From positions 164,722-228,721 of the forward strand of contig JBMNEM010000006.1 of assembly GCA_050948785.1 (NCBI GenBank): a stretch of 64,000 nt of DNA, given 5' to 3'. Below, piece after piece: positions 28,295 through 38,429 of this stretch (position 1 is the first letter of the stretch; each line of letters opens with the position of its first letter). The notes below the pieces were generated by a model, which worked only from the letters and a program-made list of their open reading frames with translations, had not been told where the DNA came from and did not search any database. The position numbers were made by a program, and so were the translations under genes. This stretch comes from Dethiobacteria bacterium (GTDB taxonomy: Bacteria; Bacillota; Dethiobacteria; DTU022; UBA8154).

Positions 28295-30766
28295 TCAATA
28301 ATGTAAGGATTCGGGTGGGGCGTCAGCATCCTGATGCTCAATGGTTTTTTCCTGTTCGCCTGCTTTTTCCGGTTCCCGGGCCTTTCTGCTCAGCAGCTTA
28401 TGGTATTCTTTTAAATTTTTCTCGACCAGAGCATTTATGGTTCCCTCGGGATATTTACCGTTCTCGTCCCGTTCCCCTGCCGGCAAACCGGTGAGGATCT
28501 CCAGGCCCTCGTCGATAGTATTTACGGCATAGAGATGAAATTTATTCTCCCGGACCGCTTCCACGACCTCTGCATCCAGCATCAGATTGGCAATATTCTG
28601 CTGGGGAATGAGCACCCCCTGCTCCCCTGTAAGGCCCTGCAATTTGCAGGCGGCAAAAAACCCTTCAATTTTTCTGGTAATGCCTCCCACAGGCTGAATT
28701 TCACCCTTCTGATTCACGGAACCCGTTACAGCAATACTCTGCTTTAAGGGAACATCGATGATACTGGAAAGCAGAGCATAAAGTTCAGCACTGGAGGCGC
28801 TGTCCCCGTCAACCCCTTCATAAGACTGTTCAAAACAAATACTGGCCGAGAGAGTCAGCGGTATATGCCGGGCATATTTTTGGCCAAGATAGCCGCTGAT
28901 AATCAGAACCCCCTTGTCGTGGATCCGGCCGCTCATTTTACTTTCCCTTTCGATGTTGACAATACCCCGCCGCCCCAAGTAGGTCGCTGCGGTAATCCGG
29001 GAAGGCTTCCCAAAAGTATAATCTCCCAGGTTAATAACCGCCAGCCCATTAATCTGGCCCACCTTTTCCCCGGAGAAATCCAGTAAAATCTGCCCTTCGT
29101 CCACCATCTCCAGGAGCCTTTTTTCGTATTTGTCCGAACGGAAGATCTTTTCCTTGATCGCTTTATCCACATGCTGAGCGCTGACATAATCATGACCTTG
29201 CAAACCCGCCCAGGCATCTGCCTCATAAAGAATTTCCACAATCTCGTTAAAACGTGTGGAGAGTTTCTCCTGATGTTCGGCCAAACGGGAACTGTATTCC
29301 ACGACCCGGCCCACCCCCGAACGATCAAAATGCCTTAAGCCTTCCCTCTGACAATGCGAAGAGATAAAATTAGCCATTTTAGCTACATTTTGGGACGAAC
29401 GTTCCATCACCACGTCGAAATCCGCTTTAATCTTAAAAAGTTTACGGAAATCTTCGTCATAGCGGTACAACAGATGGTAGAGCATGGGATTGCCGATCAG
29501 GATCACTTTTATATCCAAAGGGATCGGCTCCGGCTTGAGCGTCGTCATCGTCAGAAGCGCGTACTGTTCCCCGATAGTTTCAATGCGTACTTCCTTTGTT
29601 TTTAAAACGCGCTTTAGAACCTCCCAGGACTGAAAATTCAGCAGAAGATCATTGGCCTGCAAAATCAGGTAACCCCCATTGGCCCGGTGAAAGGCCCCTC
29701 CTTTAATCATGGTAAAATCTGTAGTAACCATGCCCAACCTGTTTTCATGTTCGATCCTTCCGATCAAATTATAATAGGTCGGATTAGACTCCACGACAAC
29801 AGGGGCACCTTTGGTTTCCCGATTATCAATAACCAGGTTTACAGTATATTTTGTAGCTGCTGCCTCGCGGCCGTAGTGCCGGAGCCAGGGGAAAGAGAAT
29901 TGTTTATCGTCCTCATCTTCTTTAAAATCGCTTATATTGTCCAGGACATCATCACGCAGGGCTTCCAGGTAATGGATCACTTTGGGAAATTTATTATACT
30001 CTTCCTTGAGTTCTTCAATCAGATGCCCGGTAGCGTGGAGAACTGTTTTATAATCGAGTTCTTTGATTTCATCCCTTAAGTTTTTTTCTTCATTTTGGAT
30101 GCGCCTGGAAATCTCCATCGCCTTAAATTGCACTTCAGTTGACTTTTTCTCCAATTCTTCTCTTTCCTGTTTTTCCAGTTGGTCAAATTCCTCTTCGCTC
30201 AGTTCTTTACCATCTTTTAGGGGAATGCTCAGAAATCCCGTACTCGTCCGCTTAAGCATAAAACTATTTTCCTGGGCCACATTGTTGAGGTTGTCCATGA
30301 GGGCATTCCTGACCTCTTGAAATTTTTTGACAATAACCCCCTTCTGGCGCTCGTATTCTTCGGTATTCAAGGCCTTGGGGATTGCTTCTTTCAATTCTTC
30401 CAGAAGGTTATGGATATCCCGCGCAAAAACACTACCCATCCCTGCTGGCAGATTTAAAGCTAACGGTTCATCCGGGTTTTTAAAATTATAAAGATAACAC
30501 CAATCATCGGGAACAGGATCACAACAAGCTATCTCCTCCGCAACGGCCCGGGCATAGCTGGTTTTCCCCGTACCGGTAATCCCCATCATAAAAATGTTAT
30601 AGCCATGCCCCTTGATTTTTAATCCAAAATCTATCGCCTGAACCGCTCTTTTCTGTCCGACGATACCTTCCAGCGGAATAAGTTCCTCTGTTGTGCTAAA
30701 AGTAAACATGTCCGGGGCACATTTTTTAAAAATTTTTTCTGCGCTCAGCCTCCTACCATAAACCAT
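28295..30766 (-). CDS. Lon-like protease (AAA domain plus Lon C-terminal domain)
   Basis: GITGTGKT, HRANGGYL, FEQSY.GVDGDSAS (catalytic Ser), GG...KIEGF (Lys). Confidence 0.9.
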   Translation of the reverse strand: MVYGRRLSAEKIFKKCAPDMFTFSTTEELIPLEGIVGQKRAVQAIDFGLKIKGHGYNIFMMGITGTGKTSYARAVAEEIACCDPVPDDWCYLYNFKNPDEPLALNLPAGMGSVFARDIHNLLEELKEAIPKALNTEEYERQKGVIVKKFQEVRNALMDNLNNVAQENSFMLKRTSTGFLSIPLKDGKELSEEEFDQLEKQEREELEKKSTEVQFKAMEISRRIQNEEKNLRDEIKELDYKTVLHATGHLIEELKEEYNKFPKVIHYLEALRDDVLDNISDFKEDEDDKQFSFPWLRHYGREAAATKYTVNLVIDNRETKGAPVVVESNPTYYNLIGRIEHENRLGMVTTDFTMIKGGAFHRANGGYLILQANDLLLNFQSWEVLKRVLKTKEVRIETIGEQYALLTMTTLKPEPIPLDIKVILIGNPMLYHLLYRYDEDFRKLFKIKADFDVVMERSSQNVAKMANFISSHCQREGLRHFDRSGVGRVVEYSSRLAEHQEKLSTRFNEIVEILYEADAWAGLQGHDYVSAQHVDKAIKEKIFRSDKYEKRLLEMVDEGQILLDFSGEKVGQINGLAVINLGDYTFGKPSRITAATYLGRRGIVNIERESKMSGRIHDKGVLIISGYLGQKYARHIPLTLSASICFEQSYEGVDGDSASSAELYALLSSIIDVPLKQSIAVTGSVNQKGEIQPVGGITRKIEGFFAACKLQGLTGEQGVLIPQQNIANLMLDAEVVEAVRENKFHLYAVNTIDEGLEILTGLPAGERDENGKYPEGTINALVEKNLKEYHKLLSRKAREPEKAGEQEKTIEHQDADAPPESLHY

Positions 30767-31007
30767 TATTTTCCTCCTATTTAAAAAGATTCTTTCAAAA
30801 TCAGATATAATCTCTTTTACTTTTAAAAAAGATACTTCGTTCCCTGAACAGCCTTTTCCTTTCTGGTGATAAAAATTTTATACGATCCCGCTTTTAGGCA
30901 TCTGCAGGATCAGCTCTTTCAATATGCAAATGTATTTTTCGGGAATAAAGGGTATACTTTGAAGGAAAAATAAAATACCTGAGCATAAGCAGCAAGGAGT
31001 AGAAAAC

Positions 31008-33287
31008 TTGCTTACAAAGGAACAACCATTAACCAAATTTTTTGTGCCCAAGGGTGTAGCTGTAATCGGGGCTTCCAAAAACCCTGCCAAAGTAGGAAAT
31101 GCCATTGTAAAAAATCTTTTGGCCAGCCGTTACACCGGCCAGATTTATCCGATTAATCCCAAGGAAGAAGAAATTTTAGGGCTAAGATGCTATCAAAACG
31201 TGCGGGATATACCCCCCGGAACGGAAAACGGAAACAGAGAAAATGTAGAGCTGGCGGTAATTGCCATCCCCGCTTCCAGGGTCCTGGAAGCTGTTAGGGA
31301 CTGTGCCCAAAGGGGTATTCGTTTTGCCATCGTCATCACCGCCGGTTTTAAAGAAACAGGCCCGGACGGAATGGAACTGGAAAAAAAACTGGCAGCTTTT
31401 TGCCGTGAACAAAAGATCCGCCTTTTAGGGCCGAATTGCGTCGGGCTAATCCACACCCATACACCGATCAACGCCTCTTTTGGCCGGGGGATCCCCCGGC
31501 AGGGTAATATCGCCTTTATTTCCCAAAGTGGAGCCATTCTGATTTCTATTCTGGATTGGAGTCAAATTGCCGGCATCGGTTTTTCACATTTTGTCAGCTT
31601 AGGCAATAAAGCCGACCTGCAGGAAACAGATTTCCTGGAATATGCCGCCTGGGACCCGACCACAAAAGTAATCTTATGCTACCTGGAAGACATCACTGCT
31701 GGGCAGAAATTTTTAGAAGTCGCCACACGCATCTCTGCCCGCAAGCCGATCATTATTTTAAAATCCGGAGCCAGCCCGGCAGGAGCAAGGGCCGCTTCAT
31801 CCCATACAGGTGCCCTGGCCGGAGCGGATCGTGCTTATGATGCCGCTTTCCGGAAAAGTGCCGTGCTCCGGGCCGGAAACATGGAAGAACTCTTTGACAT
31901 GGCGGCGGCCTTTGCCCACCAGCCTTTACCCGCAGGAGATAAAATTGCCATCGTCACGAATGCGGGTGGGCCGGGAATTCTGACCACAGACCGGGTAGAA
32001 AAAACAGGGCTGCACATGGCCCGCTTTACAACAGAAACGACAAAACAGCTGCGCATGTACCTGCCGCCGGAAGCAAGCATTTACAACCCCGTGGATGTCC
32101 TGGGTGATGCCGGGGCTGATCGCTACTTTTTTGCCCTGGAAAAAGTCCTCAGTGATCCACAGGTGGAAGGGGTCATCGCTTTACTTTGCCCCTCCGCCAT
32201 GGTCGATCCTGCGGAGATTGCCCAAGCTATTGTTAAAGCGCGGCAAAAAATTTCCCAAAAACCCTTATTGGCTGTTTTTATGGGAGGCAAAGAAATCCAG
32301 ACCGGGGAAAAAATTTTGCTGGAGGCCGGCATACCCTGCTATACTTTTCCCGAAAGGGCTGTCACCGCCCTGGAAGGTATGGTCCGCTATGCCAAAAATA
32401 AGGTTCGCCTGCACCAAAGGCAGGATATCCGGACAGAGACGGTTAAAAAAGTAGCAGAAGGGGAAAAAACAGCCCCGGTCCCCGATAAAATATCTTATAA
32501 TACAGCACAGGTCAAAGCCACTTTTTATGACGCCCTGAAAGAAAGAAGGATCGTGCTGTTGGAGCATGAAGGAGTGAAAGTCCTGCGTGCTTTTAATATT
32601 CCTGCCGCAACAGCGTTTTTAGCCAGGGACCCCCGGGAAGCGGCACAAAAAGCGGAACAAGTCGGTTTCCCCGTGGTGCTCAAAATTGCTTCGCCCAAAA
32701 TCCCGCATAAAAGCGATATCGGCGGGGTAATGCCAAACCTGGAAAGCGTTGCAGAAGTAGAGAAAAATTTTCGCGAGATGATGCAAAGGGTCCAGCATTT
32801 TTATCCCGATGCCCCCCTTTATGGCATTACAGTACAAAAAATGATGCCCCCGGGTATGGAAATTATTATCGGGTCCTCCGTGGATATCCAGTTTGGGCCC
32901 TTGCTGGTTTTTGGCCTCGGAGGTATTTATGTCAATCTTTTTGAAGATGTTTCCATGCGGCTGGCCAAAAACCTTCATGAGCAGGATATCGAGGAAATGA
33001 TCAAAGAAACAAAAGCATACCATCTTTTAAAAGGATTCAGGGGAAGCAAACCCCTGGACCTGCAATCCCTGAAAGATGTTATTTTACATACAGCACAGCT
33101 TGTTACAGAATTTCCGGAGATCAAAGAAATGGATATTAATCCCCTGCTGGTTTACGAAAAAGGTGTCTGTGCCGTTGATGCGAAAATCACTCTTTCCCAC
33201 CGTATTCTGGACAACACTTATCCTCCTCTGGAACAAACGGCACACCCAAAGTATTTAGCCGCACAGCTGACAGAAAGGAGAGTCTAG
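31008..33287 (+). CDS. ADP-forming acetate/acyl-CoA synthetase (fused alpha-beta)
   Basis: CoA-binding VIGAS, GPNC, SQSG, SHTGALAG (phospho-His), NP.D, ATP-grasp HKSDIGG, EMDINP; no GNAT domain. Confidence 0.9.
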   Translation: MLTKEQPLTKFFVPKGVAVIGASKNPAKVGNAIVKNLLASRYTGQIYPINPKEEEILGLRCYQNVRDIPPGTENGNRENVELAVIAIPASRVLEAVRDCAQRGIRFAIVITAGFKETGPDGMELEKKLAAFCREQKIRLLGPNCVGLIHTHTPINASFGRGIPRQGNIAFISQSGAILISILDWSQIAGIGFSHFVSLGNKADLQETDFLEYAAWDPTTKVILCYLEDITAGQKFLEVATRISARKPIIILKSGASPAGARAASSHTGALAGADRAYDAAFRKSAVLRAGNMEELFDMAAAFAHQPLPAGDKIAIVTNAGGPGILTTDRVEKTGLHMARFTTETTKQLRMYLPPEASIYNPVDVLGDAGADRYFFALEKVLSDPQVEGVIALLCPSAMVDPAEIAQAIVKARQKISQKPLLAVFMGGKEIQTGEKILLEAGIPCYTFPERAVTALEGMVRYAKNKVRLHQRQDIRTETVKKVAEGEKTAPVPDKISYNTAQVKATFYDALKERRIVLLEHEGVKVLRAFNIPAATAFLARDPREAAQKAEQVGFPVVLKIASPKIPHKSDIGGVMPNLESVAEVEKNFREMMQRVQHFYPDAPLYGITVQKMMPPGMEIIIGSSVDIQFGPLLVFGLGGIYVNLFEDVSMRLAKNLHEQDIEEMIKETKAYHLLKGFRGSKPLDLQSLKDVILHTAQLVTEFPEIKEMDINPLLVYEKGVCAVDAKITLSHRILDNTYPPLEQTAHPKYLAAQLTERRV

Positions 33288-33288
33288 C

Positions 33289-34392
33289 TTGTTAAAAAAG
33301 TTGTATCTGATGGGTGAATCGGGTGCCGGTAAAACGGCTATTGCCCTGAGCTTCGCCCTGCACCTCCAGGAAAAAGGGTTGCAAGTTGCTTATTTTAAGC
33401 CCAAAACGGCCGCCCGGCACCTGCCCCCCAACCAGGATGCCGATGCTTATCTCCTGAAAAAGGTGCTGGGACTCCCCTGGGAAACGGAGCAAATCGCGCC
33501 TCTAAATTTTGAATCCATTTACATTTTTGGCCCCTCCGAACATATCCGGTTTTCAGCAAAAAGAATGGCCGATAAACTGGAAAACAACCTGGAGGAAATA
33601 TCAAGTAACACCCAAATACTGCTGATCGAGGGAGGAAAATATCCCGGCGATTGTTTTTCTCTTTCACTTGACGATCTCAGTCTGGCCGTAAAATGGCAGG
33701 CCCCGGTAATCTTGGTCTCCGATTTGAATAAAGACACCGATCTGGACCGGCTCCTCTTTTATAATAACCTTATGCAAGCCCGGGGGGTTTTCCTGCTGGG
33801 AAATATATTTAACAATATTCCGCAGGCAATTCTGAGTAAAGCCCGGGAAGTATACCGTCCTCTGCTGGAGGAAAAGGGCTACCGGCTCCTGGGGATTATC
33901 CCCTCTCAACCAATGCTTACCTTTCCGACGGTAGCCGAATTTCGTGAAGCCCTGCAGGGAGAAATCTTAACAGGCGAAGAAAATCTGGGCCTGCCGGTAG
34001 AGGAAATCGTTGTCGGGACCATGACTATCGAAGGCGCTTTACGCTATCTCCGCAGAGCGATAAACAAGGCCGTGATTACGGGAGGGGACCGTAGTGATAT
34101 GGCTCTTACCGCTCTGGAAACAAGCATCTCCGTCCTGATTCTCACCGGAGGGCTCTACCCCGATATCCGGGTGATCACACGGGCCCGGGAAAAAAACGTG
34201 CCTGTACTCCTTGTGCATTGTGATACATACACGACCATTGGACTGCTCCAGGGTGTCGTCAGGCAAATCCGTCCTGATGATACCAAAACCATTACCCTGC
34301 TTAAAGAAGAAGTCATCCACCACTGTCCCTGGGAAAAAATCGCTGCAGAGATGGACTCCAGCAGGAATTTTTCCCAGGCAGAGAAACAATAA
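33289..34392 (+). CDS. BioD-like/DRTGG protein (Pta N-terminal-like)
   Basis: SGAGKT, YFKP, IEG, ITGGDRSD, LILTGG. Confidence 0.85.
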   Translation: MLKKLYLMGESGAGKTAIALSFALHLQEKGLQVAYFKPKTAARHLPPNQDADAYLLKKVLGLPWETEQIAPLNFESIYIFGPSEHIRFSAKRMADKLENNLEEISSNTQILLIEGGKYPGDCFSLSLDDLSLAVKWQAPVILVSDLNKDTDLDRLLFYNNLMQARGVFLLGNIFNNIPQAILSKAREVYRPLLEEKGYRLLGIIPSQPMLTFPTVAEFREALQGEILTGEENLGLPVEEIVVGTMTIEGALRYLRRAINKAVITGGDRSDMALTALETSISVLILTGGLYPDIRVITRAREKNVPVLLVHCDTYTTIGLLQGVVRQIRPDDTKTITLLKEEVIHHCPWEKIAAEMDSSRNFSQAEKQ

Positions 34393-34710
34393 CACACCGG
34401 AAGCCGGCAATGCTCAATTCTGACTTTCCTGACACTGACAGCCCCGCCCCAACCACCAAGCCGGTCAACTTTTGCACTTCCCTGTCAGAGAACCTCTTTT
34501 ATAAAAGTAACTGCAGGAGCCCAGGCGGCTCCGTTTTTCTTAATAAGATCATGAATTATACAATATTTTTGGTGCTAAAAATAGAAAATCAGATGAAATA
34601 TATGATATAAATAACTAAGGTAATCAGAATTTATAGCTTGATGAAGCTAATAAGCTTAGGATTACCACTTCAAAAATGCAGCATCAATAAATTTTGTTGG
34701 AGGGATACCT

Positions 34711-35982
34711 TTGTCAAACCAGGCCAAAGAAAAAGTTAATACTTACGAGGTTGCCAAAAGGCGCCTGAAAAAAGCTACAGAAGAACTGGCTCTCCCGGCA
34801 AGCGTTTATGAGCGTTTAAAAGATTGTGATCGTGTCCTGGAAGCAGCCATCCCGGTGGAAATGGATGATGGTACACTACGTGTCTTCAAAGGCTACCGTG
34901 CCCAGCACAATAACGTTTTGGGACCGTACAAAGGAGGCGTTCGCTTCCACCCGGAGGTGGATCTGGATGAAGCAAAAGCCCTCTCCATCTGGATGACAAT
35001 CAAGTGTGCCGTAGCCCGGGTCCCCTTTGGCGGGGGTAAAGGAGCCGTCGCCTGTGATCCCCTGCAGATGTCTCCACAGGAAATCGAACGCCTCAGCCGT
35101 CAGTATATACGGTCCATGGCCCCCATTTTAGGCCCCAAAATAGATATTCCGGCACCGGATGTGAACACCAATCCCCAGGTCATGGCCTGGATGACTGACG
35201 AGTACTGCAACATTCGGGGGTACGATGATTTGGGCGTGATTACAGGCAAACCCCTGGATATGGGCGGCAGTGCCGGGAGGGAAACCGCTACCGGACGGGG
35301 CGTCATGTTCACTGTGCGTGAAGCGGCCAAAGTCAAAGGTCTTACACTGAAAAATGCAACTCTTGCCGTGCAGGGTTATGGCAATGTTGGTTCTGCCGCA
35401 GCCCGCTTTTTGGCCCAGGAAGGTTGCAAGCTGATTGCCGTGGCGGATATTTTCGGCGGTATCTACGATGAAAACGGCCTTGATGCAGAAGCGCTCTATC
35501 AATACTGCCGGGAAACAGGCACTGTCAAAGACTTTCCGGAAAGTAAAGGCAGCATCACAACAGAAGAACTTTTTGCTTTGGATTGTGAGATCATCGTTCC
35601 TGCTGCCATGGAGAACCAGATTACCCCGGAGGTAGCCCAAAACATCAAAGCCAAGATCATCGGTGAAGGGGCCAACGGGCCAACCACTCCCGAAGCGGAT
35701 GAGGTTTTGAAAGAAAAAGACATTTTTGTTGTTCCGGATATTCTGGCTAACAGCGGAGGTGTAGCCACCTCCTATTTTGAGTGGGTCCAGAATAACTATT
35801 CCTACTACTGGACAGAAGAAGAGGTCGGCAAACGCCTGGAACTGAAAATGGTCGAAGCCTTTAACCATGTTTATGATTACCAGCGCAATTTTAATAAAAA
35901 AATTACCATGCGGGAAGCGGCCTTCATGTATGCGCTGCAGCGCCTTGCAGATGCCATGAAAATAAGGGGTTGGATCAGATAA
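34711..35982 (+). CDS. gdhA: Glutamate dehydrogenase
   Basis: GP.KGG.RFHP, PFGGGKG, DIPAPD, QGYGNVG, EGANGP, PDILAN.GGV..SYFEW. Confidence 0.96.
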   Translation: MSNQAKEKVNTYEVAKRRLKKATEELALPASVYERLKDCDRVLEAAIPVEMDDGTLRVFKGYRAQHNNVLGPYKGGVRFHPEVDLDEAKALSIWMTIKCAVARVPFGGGKGAVACDPLQMSPQEIERLSRQYIRSMAPILGPKIDIPAPDVNTNPQVMAWMTDEYCNIRGYDDLGVITGKPLDMGGSAGRETATGRGVMFTVREAAKVKGLTLKNATLAVQGYGNVGSAAARFLAQEGCKLIAVADIFGGIYDENGLDAEALYQYCRETGTVKDFPESKGSITTEELFALDCEIIVPAAMENQITPEVAQNIKAKIIGEGANGPTTPEADEVLKEKDIFVVPDILANSGGVATSYFEWVQNNYSYYWTEEEVGKRLELKMVEAFNHVYDYQRNFNKKITMREAAFMYALQRLADAMKIRGWIR

Positions 35983-36080
35983 AGCTAAGAAAAAGAACTG
36001 CCTTACGGTGCAGCGCGGTTTGACATGCGCTGAAATGAAGAAGGCCGTTCCTGCTATATGCCTTTTGAAAAAACTAAAGA

Positions 36081-36120
36081 AAAACCCCGGGGGTAGCCAT
36101 TAAATATCCCGGGGTTTTTT
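36081..36120. terminator. Bidirectional terminator
   Basis: AAAAACCCCGGG...CCCGGGGTTTTT between convergent genes. Confidence 0.75.
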
Positions 36121-36150
36121 AATATCTCGGCGCATTTTTGCCTATATTTT

Positions 36151-37446
36151 TCATTGCACTGCCGGCAAATATAGTTTAAGTTCACCACCATTATTAAAAG
36201 TCTCCCTGCCCAGGAAACAATAGGACGGCAGCCGCAGCGTTTTTTGCTGGGCGTTATCCTCAACTGGGAAATCATGGTAAGTTAAATATACTTCCTGGAA
36301 AGAAAAATCAAGCCTGGGGGAGGAAGCATACCATTCTATCCCCTGCACCTGTTCAAAAGCTTGGGCCGGTGACAGGAGAGAGTAAAAACCAGGCGGCAAC
36401 ACTTTGCCATCCTCTTGATAATAATAAGCAAGAATGCCCTTTCCTTCTCCATAATGCAGGATCAGCGGTAGTTCCGGCACACCGCTTTTTTGGGGACTGT
36501 AAGATACCTCCACAAAAGTACCTTCGGACGTTTCCTGAAGCCTGCTTTCCAGGGAATCCCCTTCCCTGACGGGAAACCCTTCATTGGAGAGAATTTCTTT
36601 GGCCCACTCCGGCGTAGCGATGGACCGGGCCTCACTTTGCATCATGGAAGGCATCATGGAAGCAACTGTTTTCCGCGGTTTCCAGGAATGATTGACTTTT
36701 TCTACCGGCGAGGCCGCCTCCGTTTGCGTGGTCTTGTAAAAAACCGGCGGCAGATTAATTTTACCCGCCACTTTAAAGCTCTGCAGGTTTCCTCCCACCT
36801 TAAACTCCGTCTCCGGCTCAGTTGTTTCACCTTGTGATTCAAGGGGAACAGATTTACCGGGGTCTTCCTCTGGCCCCGATTCCGGTTCCTTTGCCGGTTG
36901 CCCCTGGGAAGGAGGAGCATCCTTACCCGGGGGTGTTACGGAAGTCCCTCCGGTCCCTGTCTCCTGGAAATCTGCTTCTTGCCCCTGTTCGGAAAGTTTA
37001 TCCGGAGATTCTTTCTCAACCACAGAAGGGGGGGGGTTCTCCCCTGCGGCCTGTGCATCCGGTTCATTTTGCTCAATCATTGCCGTGTAAGGATCCTGGA
37101 GTATACCATTCCCCGGCCCTGGTTTAACCGGACCCTGGTTATAAAATACTGTCAGGGCTATGGCCATAATGACAGTAGCTGCTGTTAACAGAGGATAGGA
37201 AAGGTACTTTTGGGGATATTTAAAAACCTCGGTGAACAAACCGGCTGCTTTACTTTTCTTTTCAACGCCCCTGCCCGCACTTTGGCTTTTTTCCATTAAA
37301 GATTCCCTTAGTTCATCCTGAAAGGAAGAAGAGGACTGCACTTTAGGCATACCGTAAAGCAAGGAAGCCACTTCTTTCAGTTCCTGAACCTCTTCCGGCG
37401 AGGAACAAAGTTCTTCTACGGTCTCATCCCATTCAAATTGCCGCGT
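36151..37446 (-). CDS. Putative membrane anti-sigma factor
   Basis: Overlaps the ECF sigma stop; single TM (LLTAATVIMAIALTVFY), Pro/Glu-rich linker; SD-aligned codon is ACG at 37446 (ORF-track GTG at 37371). Confidence 0.7.
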   Translation of the reverse strand, partial: TRQFEWDETVEELCSSPEEVQELKEVASLLYGMPKVQSSSSFQDELRESLMEKSQSAGRGVEKKSKAAGLFTEVFKYPQKYLSYPLLTAATVIMAIALTVFYNQGPVKPGPGNGILQDPYTAMIEQNEPDAQAAGENPPPSVVEKESPDKLSEQGQEADFQETGTGGTSVTPPGKDAPPSQGQPAKEPESGPEEDPGKSVPLESQGETTEPETEFKVGGNLQSFKVAGKINLPPVFYKTTQTEAASPVEKVNHSWKPRKTVASMMPSMMQSEARSIATPEWAKEILSNEGFPVREGDSLESRLQETSEGTFVEVSYSPQKSGVPELPLILHYGEGKGILAYYYQEDGKVLPPGFYSLLSPAQAFEQVQGIEWYASSPRLDFSFQEVYLTYHDFPVEDNAQQKTLRLPSYCFLGRETFNNGGELKLYLPAVQ

Positions 37447-37999
37447 TGTAATCCCCTCCTTCCAGTTTTTTACGCAAGCTTTTCAGACCTCGGAACAGCA
37501 GTGCCTTGATCGCCCCTTCTTTTTTATCGAGAACCGAAGCAATCTCTTTTATTTTCAGGCCTTCCTGAAAGCGGAGCAGCAAAGCATCCTGCTGATTCGG
37601 ACTGAGTGTTTGGATAGCCCTGAGTAATTCCTCTCTGGTTACATCCCGCAGAACTTTATCCTCGGGATTACCGGACCCCGGGGTAATAAATTCCCAACTG
37701 CCCTCGTCCAGCAGCAGCGGCTCTCGCCGGCGAAACTGATCAATAACCTGATTGCGGGCAATGGTATAAAGCCAGCTGGCAAAAGAGTACCCCTGTCCTT
37801 GCCACTTAAATTTATGGATATTGGACAGAGCTTTATAGAAAGTTTCCGCCACCAAATCTTCTGCCAACTGCGAATTTTGAACCCGGTGATATATGTAGTT
37901 ATAGATTTTAGGAAAATAATGATCATAAAGTGGAGCAAAAGAACGGGGATTTTGTTGTGCCTGGCAGATAATTTCCCGCTCTCTTTCTTCTAGCAACAA
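37433..37999 (-). CDS. ECF RNA polymerase sigma factor
   Basis: AEDLVAETF, FASWLYTIARN..ID, region 4 L.F.EGL..KEIA. Confidence 0.93.
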   Translation of the reverse strand: MLLEEREREIICQAQQNPRSFAPLYDHYFPKIYNYIYHRVQNSQLAEDLVAETFYKALSNIHKFKWQGQGYSFASWLYTIARNQVIDQFRRREPLLLDEGSWEFITPGSGNPEDKVLRDVTREELLRAIQTLSPNQQDALLLRFQEGLKIKEIASVLDKKEGAIKALLFRGLKSLRKKLEGGDYNAAI

Positions 38000-38304
38000 C
38001 TGGACCTCTCCTTAGAAGGATTAAAATACTTTATCTTACTAGAATAAAGTACACCTCCTTTACCCCGGAGCTCATCATCTCCAGCAGGAAAACTCTGGCG
38101 AGAGCCGGTTACAACCCGCAAAAAAGATAAGCTCACAAGGGACCTGGGGTGTACCAATTCGTGTTTTATTTATTTCTACTCCCGCGATACTATCTCCTGC
38201 TTGCCAGGCAAATACCACATTTTCACTTTAATGCTTAAATCCTGTAAATAAAGAAGATCCAGAAATTACCTCTTTGGCAGGCTAGATAACTTCTCCTATT
38301 ATTT

Positions 38305-38333
38305 ATAACGAAACTTTGACGCAAAAGGTTACT
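38305..38333 (-). promoter_or_regulatory. Candidate ECF-type (autoregulatory) promoter
   Basis: AGTAAC-N17-CGTTAT, AAC/CGT pattern of SigX/SigW-type promoters. Confidence 0.5.
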
Positions 38334-38429
38334 ATAAAAAAAATTATTTTGGGACATTCCAAAATAATTTGGTTATCAGCTCAATATTGAGTACAGTATT
38401 ACCTTTTGCACCGGCTTTTTCTACCGGTT

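Noticed and set aside
27892-28341. ORFs across the 102-bp repeats; possible CRISPR
   Set aside because: ORFs arise from the repeat itself; two 102-bp units do not fit a CRISPR array and there are no cas genes
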